55,991 nt of DNA, taken from assembly GCA_035602295.1 (NCBI GenBank), contig DATNMN010000273.1:1-55991 (forward strand). Direction: 5' to 3'. A model generated the notes under the pieces. It was not told the DNA's origin, did not search any database, and saw only the letters and a program-made list of their open reading frames with translations. The first letter of the stretch is position 1. Every line of letters starts with the position of its first letter. The translations under genes were made by a program, and so were the position numbers. This DNA is from Candidatus Dormiibacterota bacterium (lineage in GTDB: Bacteria > Chloroflexota > Dormibacteria > CF-121). This document shows, piece by piece, positions 35,188 through 43,518 of this stretch.

Positions 35188-35562
35188 CTAGGCGATCCCC
35201 GGCTGGTCGCTGGATGCCTTCTCGGTGCGGCCCTGCTCGCCATCCCCGAAGGACATCTTTGATGCCAGCCCGCCGGCCCGGTCGCGCAGCTCGATGCCGC
35301 GCTGCATCAGGTCGTCGCGCATCTCCTCGCCGGATTTGGGGGCGAGCAGCAGCGCCAGCCCGAAGCCGACCGCAACCCCGAGCAGGAGTCCCGTGACAAA
35401 GCGCTCTACGCCGGCATCGTCGTCCTGGGTGATCCGGGTCCGGCGCAAGGCCGACACGGCATCCGTCAGGCGGTCCTTCACCTCGAGGTCCTGAGCGGTT
35501 TTGGTGGCACGGTCGAGCAGCTCGCTCAACCGGTCGATCGTCTTTTCCACGGTCTGATCCAT
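35188..35562 (-). CDS. YtxH-domain stress protein
   Basis: GLLLGVAVGFGLALLLAPKSGEEMRDDL is the YtxH signature. Confidence 0.75.
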   Translation of the reverse strand: MDQTVEKTIDRLSELLDRATKTAQDLEVKDRLTDAVSALRRTRITQDDDAGVERFVTGLLLGVAVGFGLALLLAPKSGEEMRDDLMQRGIELRDRAGGLASKMSFGDGEQGRTEKASSDQPGIA

Positions 35563-35572
35563 CCTCGTCCTC

Positions 35573-35794
35573 CTACGGGCGTCTGGCCCTGCTTTCTGGT
35601 CCGCTGGCGGCTCGGCGCCGGGGTGTTGCCGCGGGGGTCACCGGCGCGCCGCCATCGCCGGCCATCATCGCCTGGGCCTGGCCCAGCAGTCGCGAGAGCC
35701 GGCGCCGCATGGCCACGCCCGATTCAGGCGCGTACAACAGCCCCAGGATCGCCCCGGCGATCGCGCCGTGCCGAAGACCTCGTAGATATCGCAT
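35573..35794 (-). CDS. YtxH-like small protein
   Basis: GAIAGAILGLLYAPESGVAMRRRL. Start set to ATG 35794 (MRYLRGL). Track ORF is 35573..35899. Confidence 0.5.
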   Translation of the reverse strand: MRYLRGLRHGAIAGAILGLLYAPESGVAMRRRLSRLLGQAQAMMAGDGGAPVTPAATPRRRAASGPESRARRP

Positions 35795-35993
35795 ACAAAA
35801 CGCGCGCCTCCACGGCAGCACGGTGCTTCCGGGGGGCCGCGACGCCATCGTATCACTTGCCTTTGGGCCCGCTGCACGTTCGGTTGCGTACGTCGCCAAT
35901 TCAGGAAATTGGGTGAACTTGTTTTATACTAACCACCGATGGGAAGGGGGGAAAGATGACAGGCATGATGTCTGCTTTGCGACCTGCCGTCCT

Positions 35994-36101
35994 AATGAGC
36001 CCGCTCCGGCGTGGAAAAGCCGGCGGTTCAATGAGCCCGCTCCGGCCTGGAAAAGCGGGCGGTTCAATGAGCCCGCTCCGGCGTGGAAAAGCGGGCGGTT
36101 C
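35994..36101 (+). repeat. 3 x 36-bp perfect-period tandem repeat, each unit a hairpin; abuts the RBS of the REC gene
   Basis: Units are at 35994-36029, 36030-36065 and 36066-36101 and read AATGAGCCCGCTCCGGC(G/C)TGGAAAAGC(C/G)GGCGGTTC. Stem is GCCCGCT/AGCGGGC around loop CCGGYNTGGAAA. The array is followed directly by AAGGAGGGG-ac-ATG (36113). Confidence 0.9.
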
Positions 36102-36112
36102 AAGGAGGGGAC

Positions 36113-36502
36113 ATGAGTGAAGTCGTCGACGAGGACGTAAACGTCCTATTCATCGAAGATGATCCGGCGGTGGCTGAGATGTACAAGCTCAAGCTGGAGC
36201 TGGATGGCTACCGCGTCACCGTCGCGAAGTCCGGCGAGGAGGGCCTCGACCACGCCAAGAACCAGGTGCCGGACATCGTGTTCCTCGACATTCGGCTCCC
36301 GAAGATGGACGGCTTCGCCGTTCTCGAGAACCTTCGTTCCGATAGCGTTACCAAGAACATCCCGGTCATCATCCTGTCCAACTACGGCGAGAAGGAATTA
36401 GTCGATCGCGGACTGAAGCTCGGCGCCCTCGACTACCTGATCAAGTCCGAGACCACACCCGCCAGCCTGAGCCGCGGCGTCCAGGATTGGGTCAAGGAAT
36501 AG
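36113..36502 (+). CDS. single-domain (REC-only) response regulator (paralog of 30467..30895)
   Basis: Contains VLFIEDDP, IVFLDIRLPKMDG, VIILSN and DYLIKS. Start ATG 36113 with an AAGGAGG RBS. Track ORF starts at 36083. Confidence 0.88.
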   Translation: MSEVVDEDVNVLFIEDDPAVAEMYKLKLELDGYRVTVAKSGEEGLDHAKNQVPDIVFLDIRLPKMDGFAVLENLRSDSVTKNIPVIILSNYGEKELVDRGLKLGALDYLIKSETTPASLSRGVQDWVKE

Positions 36503-36505
36503 ACC

Positions 36506-36850
36506 TTGGTCCCCAATCGCGATCCGCGGATCGGTGGAGCCTTCGACCTCGACAAGCCGCTCTACACGATCAGCGTGGCCTCCGAGATCCTGGAGACCCA
36601 CCCGCGAACCCTGATGATGTACGAGGATCTCGGATTGATCGAGCCCTATCGCACCGCGACCAACCGGCGCCGCTACTCGCAGCGCAACGTGCGCAAGCTG
36701 CAAGTAATCCAGCAGCTGACCCGGGAGAAAGGGGTCAACCTCGCGGGCGTCAAGTACATCCTCATGCTCCTGGAGTCATTGAAGCGCGGCGGCGTCAAGC
36801 CGCCCGACGACCTGAGTCAGGTCTATGACCTGTATGAGGAGATTATTTAG
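36506..36850 (+). CDS. MerR-family regulator, HspR-like (paralog 3)
   Basis: Contains LDKPLYTISVASEILETHPRTLMMYEDLGLIEPYRTATNRRRYSQRNVRKLQVIQQLTREKGVNLAGVKYILMLL. TTG start 4 nt after the RR stop. Confidence 0.85.
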   Translation: MVPNRDPRIGGAFDLDKPLYTISVASEILETHPRTLMMYEDLGLIEPYRTATNRRRYSQRNVRKLQVIQQLTREKGVNLAGVKYILMLLESLKRGGVKPPDDLSQVYDLYEEII

Positions 36851-36857
36851 TTCGTCG

Positions 36858-38825
36858 TTAGCTGGCCGCGATCGGTGGCCCTGGCTCGCTGTCGTGCACC
36901 GAACCGCTCGAGCCATCGTCCCAGTCATGGGCCTGTGCGGCGGCGATCCTGGGCGCGACGGCTAACTCCGCAACCTCGGGCAACGTCACGTTGACGAGCG
37001 GCGCGGCGGCCTCATCGAGCAACAACCGGTCGAGCTCCTCGCCGTCGATCGTCTCCACCAGTTGCAGGTGATCCGCGATCCGGATGAGCGTGGCACGTCG
37101 TGACTCGCAGATCTCATACGCCTGGCGATAGGCCGCATCGGTGAGGGCCTTGACCTCGGCATCGACGTCGGCCGCGGTCAACTCGGAGAAGAAGAGACTG
37201 TCACCATCGCCTTTGCGGTGCAGGGTCACGAGTCCGAGCCGTTCGCTCATGCCGAACTCACACACCATCTGACGCGCGACGTTGGTCGCGTACTCGATGT
37301 CCTGCTTGGCGCCGGTCGTGACGTCCCCGAAGATGATCTCTTCAGCGGCTCGACCGCCCATCGCGGCCGCCATGCGCGCGATCAACTCCGACTTCGACGT
37401 CAGATAGCGATCCTTCAACGGCAACTGGATGGTGACACCGAGCGCCTGCCCCCGCGAGACCACCGACACTTTGTGCACCGGATCGCTCTTGGCAATGGAC
37501 TTCATCACGAGGGCGTGTCCGACCTCGTGGTAGGCAATGATCGCCTTCTCTTCCGGCGTGATCATCCGGCTGCGCTTTTCCGGGCCTGCCATCACGCGCA
37601 GCCCGGCCTCTTCCAGCTCCTGCTTGCCGATCGCCTGCTTCTTGTTGCGCGCCGCCAGGATCGCTGCCTCGTTGAGGAGATTGGCCAGGTCGGCCCCGGT
37701 GAATCCCGGCGTCTGGCGCGCTACGATGTCGAGGTTGATGTTGTCGGCGAGCGGCTTCTGCGCCGAATACAGGGACAGGATGGCGCGCCGGCCGTTGAGG
37801 TCCGGGGCGTCGATCGCGACGCGGCGGTCGAACCGGCCGGAGCGGAGCAGGGCCGGGTCGAGGACATCGGGCCGGTTGGTGGCCGCGATCACGACCACCG
37901 CGCAGTCGGTGTTGAACCCGTCCATCTCCACCAGCAGCTGGTTCAGCGTCTGCTCGCGCTCTTCATTGGTTCGGATTTGGGCGCCGCCCCGCTTGCGGCC
38001 GAGGGCGTCGATCTCGTCGAGGAAGACGATGCAGGGCGCGTTCTTTTTGGCATGTCGGAACAGGTCGCGCACCCGCGCCGCGCCAACACCGACGAACATC
38101 TCGACGAAGTCGGAGCCGCTGAGAGAGAAGTACGGGACTTTTGCCTCGCCCGCCACCGCGCGCGACAGCAGCGTCTTGCCAGTGCCGGGCGGACCGACCA
38201 GCAGGATCCCGCGCGGCATCCGCGCACCGAGCTGACCGAAACTCCCGGGTGCCTTGAGGAATTCGACGACTTCTTCCAGCTCGCGCTTGGCCTCGTCAAC
38301 GCCGACCACCTGGTCGAACGTGACCTGGTCGGTGTCACCGAGCTTGGCTTCGGCCAGATGCTTGGTCATCGCGCCCATCGGATTTCCCAGCAGGTTCGAA
38401 CGGCGCAACATAATGAACAGCAGGGCCAGCAGGACGAGCAGGCCCAGCAGGTTCGGCAGCACCGACGCGAAGGAGGCCTCGTCCGTCGACTGGACGGCGA
38501 CCTTGACGTTGTGACTGCGCAGGTACTGCTCGGTGGTGCCCATCGACGACTCTTTTTCGATGGTCCACGACTGCCGGCCGGCCGTATCGGTCAGCAGGAT
38601 GCGCTGGCCGCTGATGGTCGCAGCCACGATGTCACCGTGATCGACGCGGTCGAGCACGTCGCTGATCGGCACGCTGGGCTGGTTCCAGACCGAATTCGTT
38701 CCCGAGTGGCCGAGGAACCATAGCGCACCAAGGAGAAGCACCCCGACGAGCGCGAGCGCGGGCACCAGGACCCGCTTTTGGCGCAGGCCCGCTGGGATGG
38801 ACAGACCGCGGAAGAAAGTTTTCAT
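36858..38825 (-). CDS. ftsH: ATP-dependent zinc metalloprotease FtsH
   Basis: Walker A GPPGTGKT, Walker [13 protein letters not shown] region [19 protein letters not shown], and HEVGH zinc site. Two N-terminal TM segments. Confidence 0.95.
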   Translation of the reverse strand: MKTFFRGLSIPAGLRQKRVLVPALALVGVLLLGALWFLGHSGTNSVWNQPSVPISDVLDRVDHGDIVAATISGQRILLTDTAGRQSWTIEKESSMGTTEQYLRSHNVKVAVQSTDEASFASVLPNLLGLLVLLALLFIMLRRSNLLGNPMGAMTKHLAEAKLGDTDQVTFDQVVGVDEAKRELEEVVEFLKAPGSFGQLGARMPRGILLVGPPGTGKTLLSRAVAGEAKVPYFSLSGSDFVEMFVGVGAARVRDLFRHAKKNAPCIVFLDEIDALGRKRGGAQIRTNEEREQTLNQLLVEMDGFNTDCAVVVIAATNRPDVLDPALLRSGRFDRRVAIDAPDLNGRRAILSLYSAQKPLADNINLDIVARQTPGFTGADLANLLNEAAILAARNKKQAIGKQELEEAGLRVMAGPEKRSRMITPEEKAIIAYHEVGHALVMKSIAKSDPVHKVSVVSRGQALGVTIQLPLKDRYLTSKSELIARMAAAMGGRAAEEIIFGDVTTGAKQDIEYATNVARQMVCEFGMSERLGLVTLHRKGDGDSLFFSELTAADVDAEVKALTDAAYRQAYEICESRRATLIRIADHLQLVETIDGEELDRLLLDEAAAPLVNVTLPEVAELAVAPRIAAAQAHDWDDGSSGSVHDSEPGPPIAAS

Positions 38826-38845
38826 TTGTTCCTCAACCCCTCTTC

Positions 38846-40024
38846 TTAATAGGCGACTGGCTGGTCAGGTAGGGCGATCAATGCCTTGGCCGCGATCCCC
38901 CCTCCGCGGTATCGCTGCCAGAACGGGTAAGCCGTGATCGCTTGCTGCTCGTCCGCGGTGACGCCATTGTCGGCATTCGCCAGCCGGTAATAGGACCAGC
39001 TGATGCCGCCCTGGGCGCGGGTCTCATTCATCGAGGTGATGATCTCGTCGGCGGGCGGTGCCCCCGGCGTGCCGTACTCGGGTGCGGCGTCGTAGGTTTG
39101 CGCGGTGATCGTCAGGGGACGCTTGAACGGGTTGACGCCGGGATCGCGGAACTGTTGAAAGACCTGGTCGACGTAAGCCCGCGTCCCGTCGGCGCCGCTG
39201 TACTGCGGGAGCCCGGTGGCGCGCCAGTAGACCATCGGCGCAAAGACCTGACAGTAACGCGACATGGTGGCGTACGCGTAGCCCGGGTGGTCATAGGGCG
39301 TTGGCAACGTGCTGGCGATCAGCAGGTAGCGGTCGCCCAGTCCATTCATGCCGGTGATGCCGCCGCGGATGCCCGACAGGTACTGGCCGACGTTCGGGTC
39401 CGAGGTGCTGTTGCCCTCGATGGTGAGCGCGAGGCCGTCGAGCCGTTGGCCTTGTTCCTCGAACTGCGCGGCCGCCAGCGCATCGGCGGTGTCGCCGGTC
39501 GGGTCGTCGAGCATCGGCTCGATCCAACCGATGATGCTCAGCCCGTGCGCATGGGCGATTGGGAGCAGGTCCTGCAGCGCCGGCGCGCCGTAGAAGTGGT
39601 GCTTGGAATCGGCGATTCGGATGTAGAGGTGGCTGAGGTCAGCCCGCACGGCCGCATCGACGATCGCCGCCGCGCGGTCCGCATCCGGATCGTTCCAATC
39701 GCCGTCGAAGATCATGAGCCAGGACCCCTTGCCGCGGATGCCGTCGAGCGGTGAGCGTGGGGTCTGCGCAAACCCACGTGCGCTCACCGGCAGCTTGAGG
39801 ATCGCGCCGACCGGGCGCCCGAAGCTGCTGATTACGCGGGCCGCCTGCGCTTGATCCTGGGCGCGGGCCTCCAGATAGGCGCGCAGCCCAAAGGGAGGTG
39901 TGAGAAGTGCAAAGAGCATCACTCCCAGCACGACCCGCCCTCCAAACGCCGTGAGTTGCCGTAAGATGCGCGACATGCTCGAATGTTCGGCACGAGAGCC
40001 GTTCGGGCGTGACAGTACCGACAA
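38846..40024 (-). CDS. hypothetical exported protein, possibly TIM-barrel glycoside-hydrolase-like
   Basis: N-terminal TM/signal segment. No motif I can name with certainty. Operonic with ftsH (20-nt gap). Start may be ATG 39976. Confidence 0.5.
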   Translation of the reverse strand: MSVLSRPNGSRAEHSSMSRILRQLTAFGGRVVLGVMLFALLTPPFGLRAYLEARAQDQAQAARVISSFGRPVGAILKLPVSARGFAQTPRSPLDGIRGKGSWLMIFDGDWNDPDADRAAAIVDAAVRADLSHLYIRIADSKHHFYGAPALQDLLPIAHAHGLSIIGWIEPMLDDPTGDTADALAAAQFEEQGQRLDGLALTIEGNSTSDPNVGQYLSGIRGGITGMNGLGDRYLLIASTLPTPYDHPGYAYATMSRYCQVFAPMVYWRATGLPQYSGADGTRAYVDQVFQQFRDPGVNPFKRPLTITAQTYDAAPEYGTPGAPPADEIITSMNETRAQGGISWSYYRLANADNGVTADEQQAITAYPFWQRYRGGGIAAKALIALPDQPVAY

Positions 40025-40223
40025 GCCCGCACCCGTTCAAGCGGGAGTTCCCACGGCTAAGGTGATACGCGACCGTACAGCCAATGGGTGACCTCTTGTG
40101 CTCCGTCACGCTGCGCACAGTGACGCCACAAAGCGCACAAACGAGGCTTCCCTTCGCCGTTTATCACAAATTTTGATATGTTGGATATAATGGTTTGCAG
40201 TCTCGGGTCCTGGAGGGCAGCAC

Positions 40224-40526
40224 GTGACAATGCCGCATAAGTCCAGCGAAGTCTCCGATATGTTCGACATCGAGCCGCGAACACTCTTCGTCTACGAGAG
40301 TGAGAACCTGATCGCGCCTGAACGAACGCCGACCCAGCGTCGCCGCTACTCGCGCCGGGACATCGAGCGGATCCGGCTGATTCGCGAGCTCACCACGGTG
40401 CACGGCATCAATCTCGCCGGGGTCAAGGTGATCTTCTCCCTGATGGAGGCGGCCGTCCAGAGCCGGCTCCAGATCCCGGAGACGGAGTTTCCGGAGCTCG
40501 CCGGCGCCCGCCATCTCTGGGCCTGA
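40224..40526 (+). CDS. MerR-family regulator, HspR-like (paralog 4, divergent)
   Basis: Contains DIEPRTLFVYESENLIAPERTPTQRRRYSRRDIERIRLIRELTTVHGINLAGVKVIFSL. TATAAT-containing AT-rich region upstream (about 40170-40195). Confidence 0.75.
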   Translation: MTMPHKSSEVSDMFDIEPRTLFVYESENLIAPERTPTQRRRYSRRDIERIRLIRELTTVHGINLAGVKVIFSLMEAAVQSRLQIPETEFPELAGARHLWA

Positions 40527-40567
40527 GCTCACTCCGCGAGCGTCTCCTCGGCGTTCCCGCCTCGCGC

Positions 40568-41314
40568 ATCCTGCTTGGCCTCGACTTCGACGGGACCCTC
40601 GCGCCCATCGTGCCGGACCCGGACCAAGCGGCTCCCGATCCGAACGCGGTCACGCTCCTCAGCGAGCTCAGCCAGTGCCTGCAACGGGTCGTCATCATCA
40701 GCGGCCGCGACACGGATTTCCTTGTCAGCCGATTACCGCTGCCTCACGCCCTCTTTATCGGTAACCACGGGCTAGAGGAACGACACGATGGCGCCTCGCA
40801 GGTCGTTGTTGAGGCGCAGCCATTCCTGGAGCGGCTACGGCGTGCAGCCGATGCGGTGGCGGCGCTTCCGCAGGCCCGCGGGGCCGGCATCACCATCGAG
40901 CGCAAGCGGGCCGCAATCAGCGTCCATTTTCGGCAAGCCACGGATCCCTCCGCGTCCGGAGCGGCGCTTCAGCCGGCCATGCAACAGATCGCGCGTCACG
41001 AACAATTGCAGCTCCAACCCGGACGACTGGTCTGGGAGCTCCGACCGCCGATCGAGATCGACAAAGGCGCGGTTCTGCGCCGGCTGGCCGCCGCCATGCA
41101 GCCGGCGGCCATCGTCTATGCCGGTGACGATCGGACCGATGCGAAGGCCTTTCAAGCGCTCAAGGGCATACCCGCCGTCAGAACGGTGGCCGTGGGCGTG
41201 CGGTCAGAAGAGGTGCCGGGCGACATGTTCATCGATTGCGACCTCACGGTGGATGGCGTCCCGGGCGTCACCAATCTCCTCAGCCAGCTGCTCGACGTCT
41301 GCGCAAACGCCTAA
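40568..41314 (+). CDS. otsB: trehalose-6-phosphate phosphatase (HAD family); start codon unresolved
   Basis: HAD motif I LDFDGTLAPI is encoded at 40580-40609, which is upstream of the first canonical start (GTG 40610) used by the ORF track. ISGRD, then GDDRTD (HAD motif IV). The frame is open from 40322. Confidence 0.8.
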   Translation: MLLGLDFDGTLAPIVPDPDQAAPDPNAVTLLSELSQCLQRVVIISGRDTDFLVSRLPLPHALFIGNHGLEERHDGASQVVVEAQPFLERLRRAADAVAALPQARGAGITIERKRAAISVHFRQATDPSASGAALQPAMQQIARHEQLQLQPGRLVWELRPPIEIDKGAVLRRLAAAMQPAAIVYAGDDRTDAKAFQALKGIPAVRTVAVGVRSEEVPGDMFIDCDLTVDGVPGVTNLLSQLLDVCANA

Positions 41315-42873
41315 CGGATTACCTCACGTTCGAGCGGCAGGGGTTCGTCGAGCCCGACCTCGGGCCGGCGAGCGGCGGACGGCTCCACCAGGTCACGGAT
41401 GTCCTGCAACTGCGCGGAGATCCAACGGGCCACATCGTTCTGCTGGACGACCGCACGCATCTTCTCGGCGCGCGCGTGACGTTCGACCGGGTCCATCAGC
41501 AGGGCGCGATGCAGCGCCTGCGCCGTGGCGTCGACATCGAAGGGATTGATGGTGATCGCCCACTCACCGAGCTCTTCGTGGGTCCCAGCATTCTCCGATA
41601 GAACGAGTGCGCCGCCCCGTTGGTTGACCGTGATCCCTTCCTTGGCAACCAGGTTCATGCCGTCATAGATGGGATTCACCAGCAGCACGTCGAACTGCTT
41701 GTAACCCGCCACCGCCCGATTCATGTCGTCGCGCAGCTCGAGACGAATCGGCTGCCAGGAATCCGACCCGAGTCTTTGATTGATCGCCCTGGCCAGCTGG
41801 ACCACCTGCCGGGCATACTCGCGATACTCGGGCACATTCTGGCGTGTCTTTTGCAGCAACGCCCAAAATACGACGCGGCCCCGCCATTCCGGATGCGCGT
41901 GCAGCAGCCGCTCATAGCCGAAGAAGCCGCGGATGATGTTCTTCGAGAGGTCCATGCGGTCGACGCGGTAGACCAGGTGCTCCGGTCGCCACCGCAAGAT
42001 CTCGCGCTCCGCCCGCTCCACGGCCGGACTCGCCGCGGTACGTTCGAACTCCCGGACATCGATCGAGATCGGGTAGCGCCGGACCCAAATGGTGCGGCCG
42101 CGATAGAAGGCGGTTTGCTGGCGAAAGTCGACAGGCAACCCCATGTTCTCCTCGCAGGTCAGCAAGAAGTTGCGCACATCCGAGTGGGTCTGCAGACCGA
42201 CGATGTCGGCCGCGAGCAAGCCGTCCATGATCTCCTCGCGCATGTAGCTCGGCAGGACTTTCCAGTACTGCGGAGTCGGCCACGGAATATGGACGAAGTG
42301 CTGGATGACCGCATCCGGAAGCTCGCGACGGACGAGTCGGGGAACCAGGTAGAGGTGGTAATCGTGCGAGAGGACCAGCGGGCGCTTGCGGCCACGGCGT
42401 GCCTCACGGATGACCTGTTGGGCGAAGAGCTGGTTGACCCGACGGTACCCCTCGTTCCAGGCGAGGTGGGTACTGTCGTCGAGCACGGGGGCCTCGGCCA
42501 GGTTCCAGAGGTAGTGTTGAACAAACCAGAGCAGCGGGTTGGCAATCGTGTTGTAGTAAAGGTCATAGGCGAGGCGTGGGGCATTGACCCAGCTCACCTG
42601 GAAGCGTGAGCCGTCGGTGGTTTCGACCATCATCGGTTCGCCGCCGTCGTCGAGTTCGAGTTCACCTTCGAGCCCGTCCCGAATGGAGGCGACCCACACC
42701 GCTCCCGTCGCCAGCGCCAGCCCAGAGAGGCCGGTCACCAGCCCGCCGGCGCCGCGAACGAAATGCGTCCGATCGGGCGGATCGTGTGCGACGTCCACCG
42801 GCGGACGGTTGGCCGCCACGATCGGGTGGAAGTCCTTGAGCAGCCGCCGGGTATATTGCTCGATCGCCAGCAT
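41311..42873 (-). CDS. otsA: alpha,alpha-trehalose-phosphate synthase (GT20)
   Basis: GT20-like throughout: VANRPPV.., ANPLLWFVQHYLW, HDYHLYLVP, LVNPIYDGMNLVAKE. Confidence 0.9.
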   Translation of the reverse strand: MLAIEQYTRRLLKDFHPIVAANRPPVDVAHDPPDRTHFVRGAGGLVTGLSGLALATGAVWVASIRDGLEGELELDDGGEPMMVETTDGSRFQVSWVNAPRLAYDLYYNTIANPLLWFVQHYLWNLAEAPVLDDSTHLAWNEGYRRVNQLFAQQVIREARRGRKRPLVLSHDYHLYLVPRLVRRELPDAVIQHFVHIPWPTPQYWKVLPSYMREEIMDGLLAADIVGLQTHSDVRNFLLTCEENMGLPVDFRQQTAFYRGRTIWVRRYPISIDVREFERTAASPAVERAEREILRWRPEHLVYRVDRMDLSKNIIRGFFGYERLLHAHPEWRGRVVFWALLQKTRQNVPEYREYARQVVQLARAINQRLGSDSWQPIRLELRDDMNRAVAGYKQFDVLLVNPIYDGMNLVAKEGITVNQRGGALVLSENAGTHEELGEWAITINPFDVDATAQALHRALLMDPVERHARAEKMRAVVQQNDVARWISAQLQDIRDLVEPSAARRPEVGLDEPLPLEREVIR

Positions 42874-43016
42874 GGCCAGCTTCTAACTCTACGCGGGGTT
42901 CCCGGGGCCAGTTCTCAGCTTCCGGCCAAGGTTGCGCCCCAGACCAATAGGTGATATCGTGGCTATAAAATTACTGCCATGCGGGGATGGTCGGGTCCGT
43001 CTTTAGGGGTAGGGAC

Positions 43017-43364
43017 ATGGGAAAGCGGAAGCGAATGTCAGCAATCGCCCCCGGGCGGGCGGTTTTCACACCCAGTATCGCGAGCGAGATCCTGAATCTC
43101 CATCCGCGCACCTTGATGATCTACGAGAGCGAGAGCCTCATCAAGCCGCAGCGGACGGCGACCAACCGCCGCCGCTACTCTGAGGACGATATCCGGAGAG
43201 TCCGGGTGATCCAGTTCCTGACCCGACAGAAGGGCGTGAACCTGGCGGGGGTCAAATACGTCCTCCGCTTGCTGCAGACGCTGGCCGACCAAGGCCTCGA
43301 TCTCAACCAGGTCCCCGAGCTCGACTCGCTGCAGGAAGTCTCCGGAGACGGCCTGATCGCCTGA
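43017..43364 (+). CDS. MerR-family regulator, HspR-like (paralog 5)
   Basis: Contains FTPSIASEILNLHPRTLMIYESESLIKPQRTATNRRRYSEDDIRRVRVIQFLTRQKGVNLAGVKYVLRLL. ATG 43017. Divergent from otsA. Confidence 0.85.
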   Translation: MGKRKRMSAIAPGRAVFTPSIASEILNLHPRTLMIYESESLIKPQRTATNRRRYSEDDIRRVRVIQFLTRQKGVNLAGVKYVLRLLQTLADQGLDLNQVPELDSLQEVSGDGLIA

Positions 43365-43369
43365 GCATA

Positions 43370-43395
43370 GCCGCCCCCGGTGTGGAAAGGGCGGC
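43370..43395 (+). repeat. solitary copy of the CCGGYGTGGAAA-loop hairpin element
   Basis: GCCGCCC-CCGGTGTGGAAA-GGGCGGC, 6 nt after the MerR paralog-5 stop. It has the same 7-bp stem / 12-nt loop architecture as the 36-bp repeats at 35994-36101, with a different but still complementary stem. Confidence 0.8.
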
Positions 43396-43518
43396 GCGAA
43401 CGTGCTGAACTTGCGCGAAAGTGCTTGACAGCCATTGCCGACTATGTAACAGTGTGCATATCAATTTTCATGCGTCGGTGAATTGAGGGTAATCGGGGTT
43501 AGTGAAGGGAGCGATTGA

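Noticed and set aside
35994-36101. The 36-bp x3 repeat considered as a mini-CRISPR array.
   Set aside because: The units are directly adjacent with no spacers, there are no cas genes in the window, and the array ends on an RBS.
35709-36116. 135-aa plus-strand ORF ending in NEPAPAWKS(R/G)RF x3.
   Set aside because: It overlaps the YtxH-like gene on the opposite strand and has no RBS. The repeat-derived tail is a by-product of the 36-bp DNA repeat. The other frame (a 41-codon uORF) is reported separately as a low-confidence alternative.
43370-43395. The hairpin after MerR paralog 5 considered as a simple rho-independent terminator.
   Set aside because: There is no T-tract after the stem (the sequence continues GCGAACGTGC), and the loop is 12 nt. 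The loop identity with the 36-bp repeats is a better explanation.
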